This document shows positions 41,316 to 54,500 of a stretch of 64,000 nt of DNA, one piece after another. The translations under genes and the position numbers were made by a program. The notes under the pieces are model-generated. The model had not been told where the DNA came from and did no database searches. It saw only the letters and a program-made list of their open reading frames with translations. Source of the stretch: Tubulanus polymorphus (lineage: Eukaryota; Animalia; Nemertea); the NCBI RefSeq assembly GCF_964204645.1, contig NC_134026.1:25082150-25146149 (forward strand), given 5' to 3'. Each line of letters begins with the position of its first letter. The first letter of the stretch is position 1.

Positions 41316-41330
41316 AGCGGGTGGTTTGAA
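41316..41330 (+). promoter_or_regulatory. CDE-CHR-like cell-cycle element upstream of the PIMREG-like gene
   Basis: AGCGG-gtgg-TTTGAA (4-nt spacer) about 60 bp upstream of the ATG; ETS-like ACTTCCGG at about 41338. Confidence 0.55.
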
Positions 41331-41388
41331 ATAAATTACTTCCGGGTACTTTTTTTTCGTGTGAAAATCTTTAATTTCCGACGAAATA

Positions 41389-42456
41389 ATGGCTAGTCTT
41401 CGCAGGAAAACTATGAGTTTTCGCCGTAAGCGTCAGTACGATTTGGAAGGTGCGAAGGAATCCATAGTTAGAAAGTTTCCGTCCGTTTCCTATTCAAAAA
41501 TAATGTCGCCGGCGCAGCAAGAGGAAGAAGACCAGGCTTCAAATTCAGCATTGGAAATTAAACGGACTCATGCCGCCCTTCTTGTTGAGAGAAATAAGTA
41601 TGATTCAGTGATAGAGACAGTTGCTCCACCGGTACTGGCAATAAATGATGAATTGAATCCGAATGCTAAAACTGAGGAGACGAACGATGAAAACAGCTTC
41701 GCAACTTTTTTGAAAGGAAAATTCACTTCCATTTCACAGGTGAAGAGATTTAGTTTTGAATTTCATTCTACACACTCTCATGGCCGTCATGATGTACAAC
41801 GCTACTTTTACAGCTACTTCGTTTTGTTTCTAATTTATTTCCTGTTATTTTGCAGAAAGTGAAATCTTCAACTAACTACCGACGAACGAGATTGATAAAT
41901 TCACCCGGTACACCAAGGCTTATTGGACGAAGGCGATCCATACGACTTCAAAATAAAACCCCTTTGAAAAGTGTTTGTACCTCCGATGCTGCCAGTAGCT
42001 CTGTTAAATTGAATAAATTTCAAACTCAAAATCAAAAAAGGTTAGTCAAATCATCTACATACCAAGTATAACTGACACTAGTCAGTGAGTTGCCAATTTT
42101 ATAATAATGAATGCACATGTTCATTTCTTTCAGAAGGAATATTTTAAGTCCTGGTCAATTTAATCGTAAAATGGAGGCTGTTACTAAAGGCATTCAGTCC
42201 TTATCAAAACTTGGCGATGGAATCACAACAAAAATCCAAAGACAGAGTTCAAGGCAAGTAATGATTTTAACATCGACTTTTTCTTCAATTGTTTCCTACG
42301 TTGCAGGGATGTTATGGTTTCTAGTCATGAATGTATTTCAGGATTCTGAAAGAAGTAGCTGCAACAACTCGCGAGACTAGGTCGACACCAATGAGACGTC
42401 AATACAGTTATAGGAATGCTGTGACATCTGGTTCGAATGAAAACCTATTATATTAA
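41389..42456 (+). CDS. PIMREG/FAM64A (RCS1)-like basic protein (exons 41389-41739, 41856-42040, 42134-42253, 42342-42456)
   Basis: Frame-consistent exons; 'LSPGQFNRKMEAVTKGIQSLSKLGDGITTKI' and 'LKGKFTSISQKVKSS' recall conserved PIMREG blocks (recalled similarity, not searched); many S/T-P sites. Confidence 0.65.
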
Positions 42457-42959
42457 AAAAAAATTAATTTACTACAAAATGTATGTTTTAGAGTTAGACT
42501 GATCCATGGAGTGTTTACTTATAGCAGTCAAAATTTTTCAAGATCATGTGAAATGTAGCCAAAGTACTGTATACCTTGTGCAATAGATTATCTAAATTAT
42601 TGATCTTTATTATTCAATTTGGCGCTTTAAGATATTTTAGCTTAAATGCATATGTGCATGTACTTGGATGATGTGAAACTTTATTTGGACCTTATGATAT
42701 GTAGTTAGGACTGTCATTTATTTGGGAATATTTATAAAATAAAACTGTAAATGAATAATTAAAGTCTTCTATTGTGACTTTATGTACAGTAATGTTATTA
42801 CCATAGCGGACTACTAAATTCTTATCTTCTTAGCCAAATCAAAAGAAAATCATGGGAAGTTTGAAATAATGATATTTGGGAATTTGAAAAATTTCCTTAA
42901 ATTAGGGAAATATTTGGGAAGTTCATATACATTTTACGTTTCATTTGCCATTTTCTCCA

Positions 42960-43160
42960 GCGATTTCCCTCGAGAATCACCCTTATTAACCAGTCACCAC
43001 TAAAATGTTGAATAGCATGAGCGCGTATCCATCTTCACCTGTCAATGGATTCGAACCCACTAAGCTAAAGCCGTTGCCCGAACGCCTGGTGGAAGCGAGT
43101 GCGGGAGCGATACCGGACCACTGGCAAGCGAGGATGCCGAACGACTCACGTGCCACAGGA
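42960..43160 (-). mobile_element. tRNA-derived SINE
   Basis: GC-rich island with minus-strand B-box GGTTCGAATCC; homologous to the fragment at about 16925; no clean cloverleaf. Confidence 0.55.
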
Positions 43161-43529
43161 AGTTTTTAAAACAGATTTAACTTTATTCCCGAAGATTTCA
43201 GACCATTAAATATATTGATCAGTATTCTACTAACATCGGACAAGTTAATCGCCCAGGAAGTGATGTGTTCCACCTGCATCTCAATGAGTGTAGCTACATG
43301 AACAACCCAAAATCTTTCTTTTATTTACAAAAACACTCGCCAATATTTATTTATGATACATAGGATCAACCACAAATAATACATGATAATGACATTCTCC
43401 AATTGAATATTCATGATTACATCAGCAATCCAACGTCCAAGAACAATTCTCACTAACTCACACGATATATAGTGTTAGATAATGTCTAATATCCAAGCTG
43501 GAAATATTTGCTGTAGACCTGGCTCGATA

Positions 43530-46080
43530 TCAACTGCTATCGCTGCTTTCATGTGGTTTCATATCAGGCACACTTGCCACCTGCTGAAGTACTGGTGTCA
43601 CTGATTCTGAAACAGTATTACATGTATATCAGCTGAGCCCATATTTAACAAAAAATACAATTCAGAGAACTGTGCTTTTCACATTAATATAGAAAACCAA
43701 AAACAATATATATGTGAAATTTATATGATATTGCGTACACATGTACACGTTTACCTTGACTATCATCATTTTGATTTTCTTTCATATGGTCATTCCTGAT
43801 CATGCTCAATGCTAACAGAAATGAGAAAGAAGAACAGTGTGCACTTTGTTAGGATAAACAGCACATTCAGGTTAAAATACAACATCAACTCATCAAATGT
43901 AACTGTGCAAGTGTAATTTTGGCCAAAACGTGATGATGTCAAGAGATTGACTTCTCTTGCAATAGAATTGCTAAGTAGTAGCATAGTGTGTACCGCCACC
44001 ACTATAAGGAATAAACTCACCCAACCTCATATCAGGATCTCCTTCATTACTGTCTTCTTGTGTTGACGTTTGACTAGACATCGGGTCTGGGAATGACATA
44101 TTTGAGTCTTCATTAAACTCAGAGAACGTGGTTGATTCTTGGGTGGCCTGCGTCATGTTGCTGTCCTCATTGATGAACTTTGTTCCAGCCGATGCTGGAA
44201 ATTCAAATCATAAAAATTAATAGTTAAAATGATCTTGCAATACATTCTTGTAGTTTTTACAGTATATATAGAACAACAACTTAACTACATTAACGCCATT
44301 CACCAAGATGAAAAACAGCCAAACCTCATTTCTAATTGTTTGTATAATCTGAATATTGATTATAATATTGAGCCAAATTGTACAAAACGAGGTTTGACTA
44401 TATGACTGGGTACAAGTACACAACAACATTTAACAACAAGGAGTAAGTGCTACAACTGGAAGTATATGTACATGTAGTTATTTCGGAAACTGGAAGGTGT
44501 AATAATGGAGCAATGTACATTGCTTCTAATTACATATAGGCTAGGTTTATATGACAACAAAGATAATTGAGAGTTCCCATAACCGGAGTTTCTATAATAA
44601 CCAAAAACAATCAATATCTTAATCTTGAAATGTGTACACTGATCTACTGGCTTTGGATTCTTCGATCTCAAAAATTATCAAGTTTGGCAGCATTCCTCAG
44701 AATACACATTTCACTGTCAGATTAAACAAAACATAAAATACTCTAAGAGGGTAAATACTGTTTGTATATTAGCCATCTACATGTACCATTAAAGGTTTTC
44801 GATTCATTATTTTCAGTGTTTAATTTTGAAGGTGTCCTGCTCTGTCGATTATCTGCTTGAAAGTAATACAGCAAATAAATCTACATGCCACAATAATGAA
44901 AACATCGAATTAAGTAAAATAACTAATGTTTTATCAAACAAAAGTATGGTAACCTTATCATTACATAAAAGCGAATTAAGCAAGCAATTTTGAAGAAAAT
45001 TGAACAAACGCAATCATAACGCCTTAAGAAAATTAGAATTAATTACTTACTCAAATCAGAGTTTTTTTCCTTCCCTTTTCCTGGCAATTTTCGGATAAAA
45101 AGTCCTTTTTTCCCTTGTCCCTGAGCAAAGCAAATAAAAAAATTTTTAGGGCGATTTCAACACGACTCTTTTCAAATGTTAATCTCTTGTGAATTTACCT
45201 GGACTGACATAATGGTCTGACTTGTAACTAAAACGATAAATTCAAAGTTATAAAACTAGTCACTCAATCCTCAAAAATCTAGCTATTAAGTGAATAATGT
45301 AGCACTGTTGAAAATGTATTCCTTCATCTCTTATTTGCTATTTTTCATCTTCCATTGATCGCCAGTTTCATCCTGTGACAGCATGTTGTAAGTTACATAC
45401 CTGGAACCCACTTGTATATTTTCATTGTAGTCTCACCAATAGTAACCCATTTTTTCTCCCTATTTAATAATGTCAAACACTGAGGTTAGGTTTAGTGCTA
45501 TAGCCTTAGTTAAAAGATTCGATGGATTACTACAAGCCTCGGTAGTCCAGTGCGACGATACACCGGATGCAAATCCTGAATTTTGCGCTTTATTTTTTCA
45601 AACGCTTTCTCTTGCTCTCTCTGTCAGCAGCATATTAATGTTAATTCATCCTTGCTTGCCAGGGTTTGATTGCCTCCCGCTGAAGCCAACAACACAAACC
45701 CTCAACGCAGACTCTTCATTATTATTGCACTGTTTATTTTATTAGATTCTATTCTGCATGAATTAAGTTTCTTTTATACGTCTCCATACGTTTTACCTAC
45801 TTTTCTTATTTTAAAATTGTGACTTCCTTGAAATCGGAAATCTGATATGTAATTTGTAGAAAATATAAAGATCAACAAAGTCAAAGAATTGAATTAGAAT
45901 TGATACTGAAAGTGACAAAAGATAACAAGCAAACCGGTTGATGCAGACACATACGATACACTCATAACATCACTTTACAAAGTCTTACCATTTTCTCACT
46001 TTATCAATGGCATTTATAACTCGTTTTATGTCTTCTTTAGCTCGGCTCCTTGTTTCTGCGCGTATTGCTCGAGACATCAT
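43530..46080 (-). CDS. BCL7: BCL7 family SWI/SNF subunit (about 8 small exons)
   Basis: [31 protein letters not shown]|[19 protein letters not shown] (exons 46080-45989, 45459-45401); acidic tail with repeated EDSN; stop at 43530-43532. Confidence 0.93.
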
Positions 46081-46507
46081 TTGTATTTTCCTTTTCGAAA
46101 AGCGGTTCGACGAGTGACCCTAAATCGAAAGGGATGGCTCCGGAAATACTCAAGCTAACAAGAGTCAGGTAGGCGTGGATATTCTTGGAGCCACCCTATT
46201 CGTAAAATCAGGTAGATGACTTAAGGTCGTTGCGCGATCCACTTCCAAAATACACACAAAATACCAAATTCCGATAATTCTGAGAGTGTATAATTATTGT
46301 TCGATAGTTAAGAGAAAATACGTAGGCCTAGTAGAGAGTAAAAGTGTTTGCAAAAAGAGCCACCACCACCACCAAGAAGGGCAAGCTCAGCTCTTACAGA
46401 CGGATCTCCGCCGATCGAGGCCAATCTCCCACGGCACCACACACACACACACAGCCGGCCAGCGGCACAGTAGACCGAGCAAAAGTTTTGATAATGAAAT
46501 AAACACT

Positions 46508-48158
46508 ATGGCCGGAACTCGAGATATTGAGGGGAGAATTTCTCCCATAGACATGCTAAAGTCACCAAATTTGACTAAAATATGTGCACCGATGGTACGC
46601 TACTCAAAGTGAGTTATTGTCTTCAACTTGGAGTGATATCTTGACCTATGCCTACAGCATGTACAGGGAGGTTTAACCTGCAAACGGGATATGCAGGCTT
46701 TACCTATAGAGCGATCATGGCTACAATGGGTAATTTTTTAAAGCTTTTACCATTTATGTGATTTGTTTTAATAAGAGCTTTTTGCTGTTCATCTTTTTCA
46801 GACTTGGGTTCCGAACCCTTGTGAAGAAGTATGGTTGTGATCTCACGTTTACACCAATGATAATATCTGACGCTTTTATACAATCAAAGAAAGCAAGAGA
46901 TAGTGATTTCACTACTAACCCTGGTACAGCCTTCCATTCATCTATTCACTTAGGATCAAGAAAGTTTTTACAGCCAATAGTTAGTTATGTCGTTTTTTAT
47001 TTTAGATGATCGTCCCTTAATTGTTCAATTTGCTTCAAAGAATGCCACTGAACTAGCTACTGCTGCCGAAATTGTAGTTCCGTAAGTCATGTGGTCGTCA
47101 TTAATGTGTAGGCCTATTTACTATTTGAAATGTGAAATGATATCTACCAACTTAATGTTACTTTCATCCACAGATTCTCTGATGGTGTGGATTTGAACTG
47201 TGGTTGTCCACAAAGGTATATTTATGTTTAACAGTAATAGTGACAATATTGGATTGTGTGTGGTAATACATGTACTGGTAATGTAGTTAAGTTTCATTGA
47301 TTTTTAGATGGGCAATTGCGGATGGCTATGGGTGCTGCTTATTGAGAAGCCCAGATTTAATTAAAGATATGGTAACGCAAGCAAGAAACAGGGTTCCAGC
47401 TGACTTCACTATATCGATCAAAATTCGCATAGATAAGGACATGAGGTATTTCAACTTGAAATCTGTAGAACACACCACGTTTGAATTTCTCTGGGTTAAC
47501 TGACTAGAATGTTACTCAATTATGCTCATATTCATCGATCAGGAAAACTGTGGACCTTTGTCAAAAAGCTCAAAGCGCTGGTGTATCATGGATTTCAGTT
47601 CACGGACGGACTAAAGATCAGCGGCATCAACCTGTCGATTACAGCACAATCAAAACAGTAAAAGATAGTCTGGATGTACCGGTTGTTGCTAATGGTGATA
47701 TAAAATCGATCTATGATGCGAGGAATGTTCAGAATCTCACTGGAGTTGATGGCAAGTTGTTCTTAGTTGTTTTGGATCATTACATCAAAAAGTACAAAAA
47801 CAGTTTACCTCTGATCAATTTATTTTGATTATTAGGTGTCATGGCTGCAAGAGGTCTTCTGAACAACCCTGCAATGTTTGCTGGATATGATTACACTCCT
47901 ATTGAATGTTTAAAAGATTGGGTATGTTCTGAATTTTGCATGTGCAATTCACTCTAAAATGTATGTGATTAACAATTCAAAACGGTTTAATTGTAGGTGG
48001 ACATTAGTTTATCAGTTGGAACGCATTTTTCTGTATTTCATCATCATATCATGGAGATGTGTGAACAGCTGATGCCTAAATATGAAAAAAGACTATTCAA
48101 TACATTAAGCACAACGTCAGCGGTGTTAGAATATTTAAGAACCAATTATGGTGTATGA
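46508..48158 (+). CDS. DUS4L: tRNA-dihydrouridine(20a/20b) synthase-like (multi-exon)
   Basis: KICAPMVRYSK|LGFRTLVKKYGCDLTFTPMI; DRPLIVQFA; VDLNCGCPQRWA; VHGRT; VANGDI; GVMAARGLLNNPAMF; FHHH. Confidence 0.95.
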
Positions 48159-48507
48159 AAAACGTAAGAGTGATCTGTAGTTATCCAATTTCTTTATACA
48201 GCGGTAATGCATTTGTTACATAAGCCTAGCCATTTTATTTATTTGAATTCTTTCAATTTACTTCACAGATAATGTTTTGACATAAATAAATATTTTTGAA
48301 GTGCACATTTTAATCATGATAGAGCAAAAGTACATATACATATCCATATACATGTACATAAGAATTAGAATAGAGATTTTAGTATGAAGTGTACCAGTAT
48401 GTACTGATTTAGTTACTGATAGCATGAAGATGAAGATTGAGGTAGAGTTTATCTACGTGATTGACAGTTCATCTTGCTAATTGATGTTTCATACATGTAT
48501 TTATGAT

Positions 48508-51500
48508 CTACATGGCATCAAATTGTTTAACTTTTTGAATCTGCATCATAGAATCAGATAAATTGTCTGTCAAATGCGGTCCATCTCCTATTTTAAGCAT
48601 TTTGTTTTTTCCAATTTTTCCGAAACTTTTTTTCCAGTTGATGAGAGCATTTGTTGTCAGTGATCCTTCATCAGTTTCTTCAGCTTCAGTTTCAATTTCC
48701 ATCTTTTGAACTATAAGTCTCGTCAGGCTGTACTGTTTTTCAATTGTTGTTGTTAGATCCTTCAACCTAAAACATTATCCAGTTTCTTTTAAAAAAAAGT
48801 TCTTGGAAATCTTATACTAGATATTGTGATATTCAACTGTAAACAAAATGCTATAACTTTTCTGAGTTTTAATTTACCTGAGCTTTTGTTTGTACAGCTC
48901 TTCATAAATGATAGCCTGTTGACTTGATCGTAATTTTTCATCCATGTTCTGGTATTCATCAGCGTTTGTTTTCGTCTCCAAAGTAAATGGCATCGTAAGG
49001 ATGTACTGTAATGAGTAATGCTTCACGTAGAATAGAAAAATCTTTTTGTTTCTTTTAAATATGAAATATGACTCGATAGAAATGTACCTTAAGTATTCCT
49101 AAACATTCGTGTCCACGTCCATTTGGACCCACTTGATAGGTAACCTGATCACTTTTTTCAAGCCATTTTCTTGGTAACTTTCTTTCTAATTCGCTGTGGA
49201 AATCGGCCTTAAAATTAACCATCAGCGTGCTTCATATATTGGTGGGTTCATATACACTTATACTTGTACAATGTATATCCTTTTTAATTTGTATAATACG
49301 ACTTGAAAAATATCAAATGGGGGTCAGATTAATGTGGAAAATTGTCAGAAATAGATGTCTGCTTAAAAAACTGAACATTTTGAAAATCTGTAAAATATCA
49401 TGAACACTTGAAACTAATGAATAAAACTAAAGATTTATATACATTAAGGGTTATTGAACTACAATGTGTGAACAGTTCCGGAAAAATTTCTGTCAAAATA
49501 TTTTGATCCCCGTTTTATGCCATCATACATACATGAAGAGGGAAAATGTACAACTTCTATAAGCCTGTAAACTACCAATCTTTTGTAGCCAATGGGCACA
49601 AAGAATAGTCCTAGAAATATGATCTTGGTATCGTTGGTTTTCTCTTCATGTATCTTTGATGCCATGTACTTTGAATCTGAAGCTCAGAATTTACACACAA
49701 GCTCTGTTAAAATCTGAATTAATATTTCTGTGCGAATAGTGATTGTGATCGGTAACCGCCACTGTTATTTTACCTTGATGCAATCCATTTGGAAATATCA
49801 TATGACAAATCCTGGAATTTAGTTGTGAATGGGGAAAGCCAATATTGTAAAGATGTAAAAATAAATGTGAAAATTCTTGAGTTCATCAATCTGACCGCTG
49901 TTAAATTATCTGATCATATCAAAAGGATTTTGTTTCTCGTCTTACCTGAAGTGCTATTCTTTTTATCCGTGCATTCCTCTGGATACTATCAATATCCCCG
50001 ACAGCAAGACCGATCTAGATTCATAAATGAATAATGATTGTACGGTACTGAATTTTTTTTTCTTAAGTGATGTGGATGCCGAACTCTTAAAGATCTTTAG
50101 TCTTACCAACATATTCATCAGTAGAATTGGCATGAATAGCGTGAATACAACTAGCAGTATAGCGATGGCTGTTTGATGAGTGAAGTTCCGGTTTGAAAAC
50201 GGATCTCTGTTAGGTAGATATTCCATTATATCTTCCAACTGTACCATGAACATCCCCCCAATTCTAAACATAGCCCACGCTGGAGTCGCAAACCCGGTTA
50301 CAAATTTCTGCAAAAAAAGATCACGATTCCAGTTATATTGCCGAATGGTTTCTATAGGTATATACATGTACACATAGCCCTAAACTTACGTCAGGCATCG
50401 TTAAACTGTAGAAAGCTAAGCCAAATGCTACGAACAGGCCGAAAAAAGCGAACAACACTTCCAGCAGTGTTTTCAATATTTCCCAGTACATAACGACGTA
50501 AATACCAAATCTGTCCGATCTGAAGGAACATTATATGGTAATATGTTTCTAGCTAACGTATAATAAGTCTGCAAATTATGGGTTTTCTCGGTGACGCAAA
50601 CCTTTGGAAAAAGAGAAGCAAATTCACCCAAGCCAGGAGAACAGCCAATGCCCCGGAAACTGTCACCTGCGGGTTTTCTGCGCACAAATTAGGATCCAAC
50701 CTAACTATGAAGTATGTTGAAGCGCTAAGATACAAACACCACTCCAATAAGTTATTCAACCATTCCTGTAGGTACCGATATCTCTGAAAAGGAAAAAAAT
50801 CATTATCTTGTATACCCCTTGCGGCAATCTTTCTAATCACAATCATAAGAGAACTGAGCATAAAACACCGGCTCTCACTTGCTGCCACATTTGACAAAAT
50901 TCTTTGATGATGTTGAACGCACAGAATATCATTCCCAAGCACAAGAACACCGTTTCCTCAACGTCATTCGGACGAACCTATATAAATACCAGTACATATA
51001 GTTTTAAATGATTTACTAATTCTGCTTCACAAATCGATGTAATCCTGAGTCCAAGAACTTTTCACTTCATCATCCCTGAACATACGATTTTACGATATGT
51101 CGAAGTCGTGTTATTGGAATCGTCTTCTACACTGACTGTCACTCCTTTGTGCAAAATCACTACTGTTGTCAAAATTGCCAGAAACATCCAATAAACGAAC
51201 AAATTTGCGTAGTGGCACCACTTCCCATAAGCGTTCCTACAATTGGCCAAATTTGTTATTATAATTTGAAGCTCTAATTAGAAAAAAGATGAACAATATC
51301 TAGTTTATCAATGCAGAGACACAATAGTTCTCTGTTACCATTTCATATTCAGGTAATTCGCCAATACAGGATGTCCAAGGCACCCGATTCGTTGGAACTT
51401 AATCATCTTCTGAAAGATAAGGAAAAAACGGATAATGTTTTCTGGATCCACGAGTGTAGATAGTTTGAGACATTACTTAACCCAACATACATTCAGCGCA

Positions 51501-54500
51501 ATAAGTGGTGTATATTCCTCTCCCTTTTCTCGCAAATCAGTCATTTCGTGCATTGGTGTTTGCAGTAGGGTGAAATCGTAGTTCCACTGAAATCGATATC
51601 CATACCGGTACTTTTGTTAAAAGCTTCTATAAGTTTTAATTTCCGATATATTCATATTTTTAACTCACGGTGGAAACAGTTTTTCCGCATTTGTATTGCT
51701 CCTGCCTCACCAGAGTCTGGCATTGGTCGAGTGTAACCTGTAAATATCAAAGGTAAGATTATGGTTTTTCAAGCCATTTCGGAAAAAAATATGCACATTA
51801 GTAATGGAAACACATACCAAACATACATCGGGAAGTTCTTTGATAAGTCCAAGAAAAGGGGTCACATATTTCTGTGACGATAGTGCCATTGCTTCTTTCC
51901 ACCTGTGAAAATATGGAAAACGTTATGGGAAACTCGGTCAGTTCACCTGCTTAAGTCAAATTTTTCCATGTAGGAAGTATTACCTTTTATTGTGAATAAC
52001 GGCCAATCCGACATCGCTTAGTTTTTCCTGAACGACTAGATCAATGAATAAGTATCCATCATCATTATACACATCAAGTTGAACTCCTATATCTAATAAA
52101 AATGTGACGGCATCTGCATGGCCGTTCATGGCCGTGATATGCAAAGCGGTATTCTGAAAACGTACAAAAATGCCAAGATATGCAAAGTTTTCTGCATTTC
52201 ATTTTCATGTTCAAATGTCCCAAAACCACCTACCCCTACATTGTTCCTGCTGTTTAGAATATGGGAATGTACGCCGGCGAATGCCTTCATAGTCTTAACG
52301 TATCCGTTTTCTGCTGCGATGTGAAAAGGATTGTATCCGGAATAGTCCCTATGTAAATTTGGAGTTTGTTGTAGAATGAGCAAAACAAAAACAAAAATGC
52401 GTACCGATATGTATAAATAAAAAGAGTTAAACCAGGACTCAAAGGTTTGAAATGAATTGGGAGATTCACTGGCTCATCGGGATGTCAATTGATACCTCAT
52501 AAATATGGCCCCTCGTCTTAGCAGAAGTTGTACAACTTTGTAGTGTCCATTTTTTGCAGCCTTATGTAAAGCAGATTGTCCATGTCCGTCAGTTTGGTTT
52601 ATTATTCCTGGACCTTTCAGACTATCGAGCAACTTTTTGCAGGACTGATAACGACCATATCTGTAGATGCATTGGGTTGACGTAAACGTCAAAAGGAATT
52701 CATATTTTCAAACATTTACTTGATTTTGTACCGTTTATTGCGAGTATGCTTGAAAAAGCATAACTGCAGCAACCGGATGATCGCTGTTAGTTAATTACCT
52801 TGCGGCAAAATGAAGTGGTGATTCGTTATCGTTGTTAAGTAGATTCATTTCAACGCCGTGATTTATAAGTGTATTCAACGAGACTAAGTAACCGTGTTTC
52901 GACGCGTAGTGCAGCGGTGTGCATCCAAAATTATCTTTTTCATTAACCAATCTTTCCATTTTCTAAAATGACATTCTTATAACGAGTAACCCGGCAATTA
53001 AGGGGCGTGTAAATGATGGCGATGATTTACATGCTTGCCTAGTTCGCGAATCTCTTCGGCATTTAATCCTACCTGATTAATCCGAGGTCCTAGATTTGAT
53101 AAATTTACATGGTTGATAATTGCTAGGTGGATAAAGTTCCGTTTGTACTGGTCAGTCAACATGATATCTGCTCCTCTTTCTAGTAATATTTTTACCGCGC
53201 TACAGGCGTTTTTCGACATAGCTAATAACAACGGTGTGCGTTTGAACATATCCGCCGCGTTCACTTCAGCTCCCTGTAATATTTTTATATACTAAATGAT
53301 CTTCACCCTTTTGGTTATTTTCAAAATCTCGATATATCAACAAGCCAACCAATAGAATTAACCAATTAACGCTGATCACACAACTATAATGTATGTACTT
53401 CAAATTTCAGAATAAACCCCTGTTTCGTTCCCGGGTGGTTTCGGTGGGTTTGTTAGGGATACAGACTAAATCTTCCAACCAAATAAATAACAGGGAAAGT
53501 CCCTATTTTAAGACTTTAAGAAAATATTTTCATTATATATGCAGAAATAAATACGAAATATAAAACGAGATACTAAAACACATACTTTCTATAGTTTTAT
53601 CACAGGTGTATAAAACAGCATTAGCTTTATAGAATAATTTTGATTTGACACATTGAAAATTGTGATCAAAATTAATATCATCCCAATCTATTGATGAAAT
53701 GTCTAAGATTGTTATTTACCGAATCAACAAGATATTCAATTAGACCATAGTGGTCAAACATGGCGGCATGGTGCAGTGGTGTCATTCGCTGTTGGTCTCT
53801 ATAATTGATAGCGCATAGCATAGAATCACTGCAACGTAGGTTTAAAGCCTCCACCATAACTTTAACCATTTCTGTTTTACCCATGGCGCATGCCAAATGG
53901 AGGGGCGTGGATAAGTCTCCCTAGTTTATGAATAAATAAAATATTGTTTTTAGAATAAGATGGGTGATGGGAGTTAACTCGATGTGTACGATACTAGTTA
54001 CCTCATTTGTATCGATATCAGCGCCAGCCATTATACAGATTCTGACCACCTAGACAATATAAATCAACATGTATTTAAATATAGAATTCAATCTTTTGAG
54101 GAATTGTGTTTGAAATCAAAGAATACTGATGATTGCCTCCGTATTTCCACTGCTAACTGCAGAATGTAATGGTTTAAACCTCTCCACATTAGCGATATTA
54201 ACTATTTCTTGCAGCCGAATATCGTTTTCCCTACCTGCATGTGTGAACATATAAAAAAATGATAGAATGAGATTCTTCATATCATTATTTCTAGTTTGTC
54301 ACCGATTGCAACAACAAATTCTTGATATTTTGTTTTGTTAATGTCATTGGAGTAAATGTACCGAGTTTCAAGAATTCTTCTAAAACATGTATGGCTCCGT
54401 TATGTGCCGCGGCATGGAATGGTGTTCCACCCTTCTTACATTTAGCATATACGTTTGCATCGTTTTTGAGCTGGGGAAAAATAAACGAAAGAAGAGTGAT

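Noticed and set aside
43020-43160. Possible tRNA gene
   Set aside because: B-box only; no acceptor stem, cloverleaf or T-run terminator; treated as a SINE.
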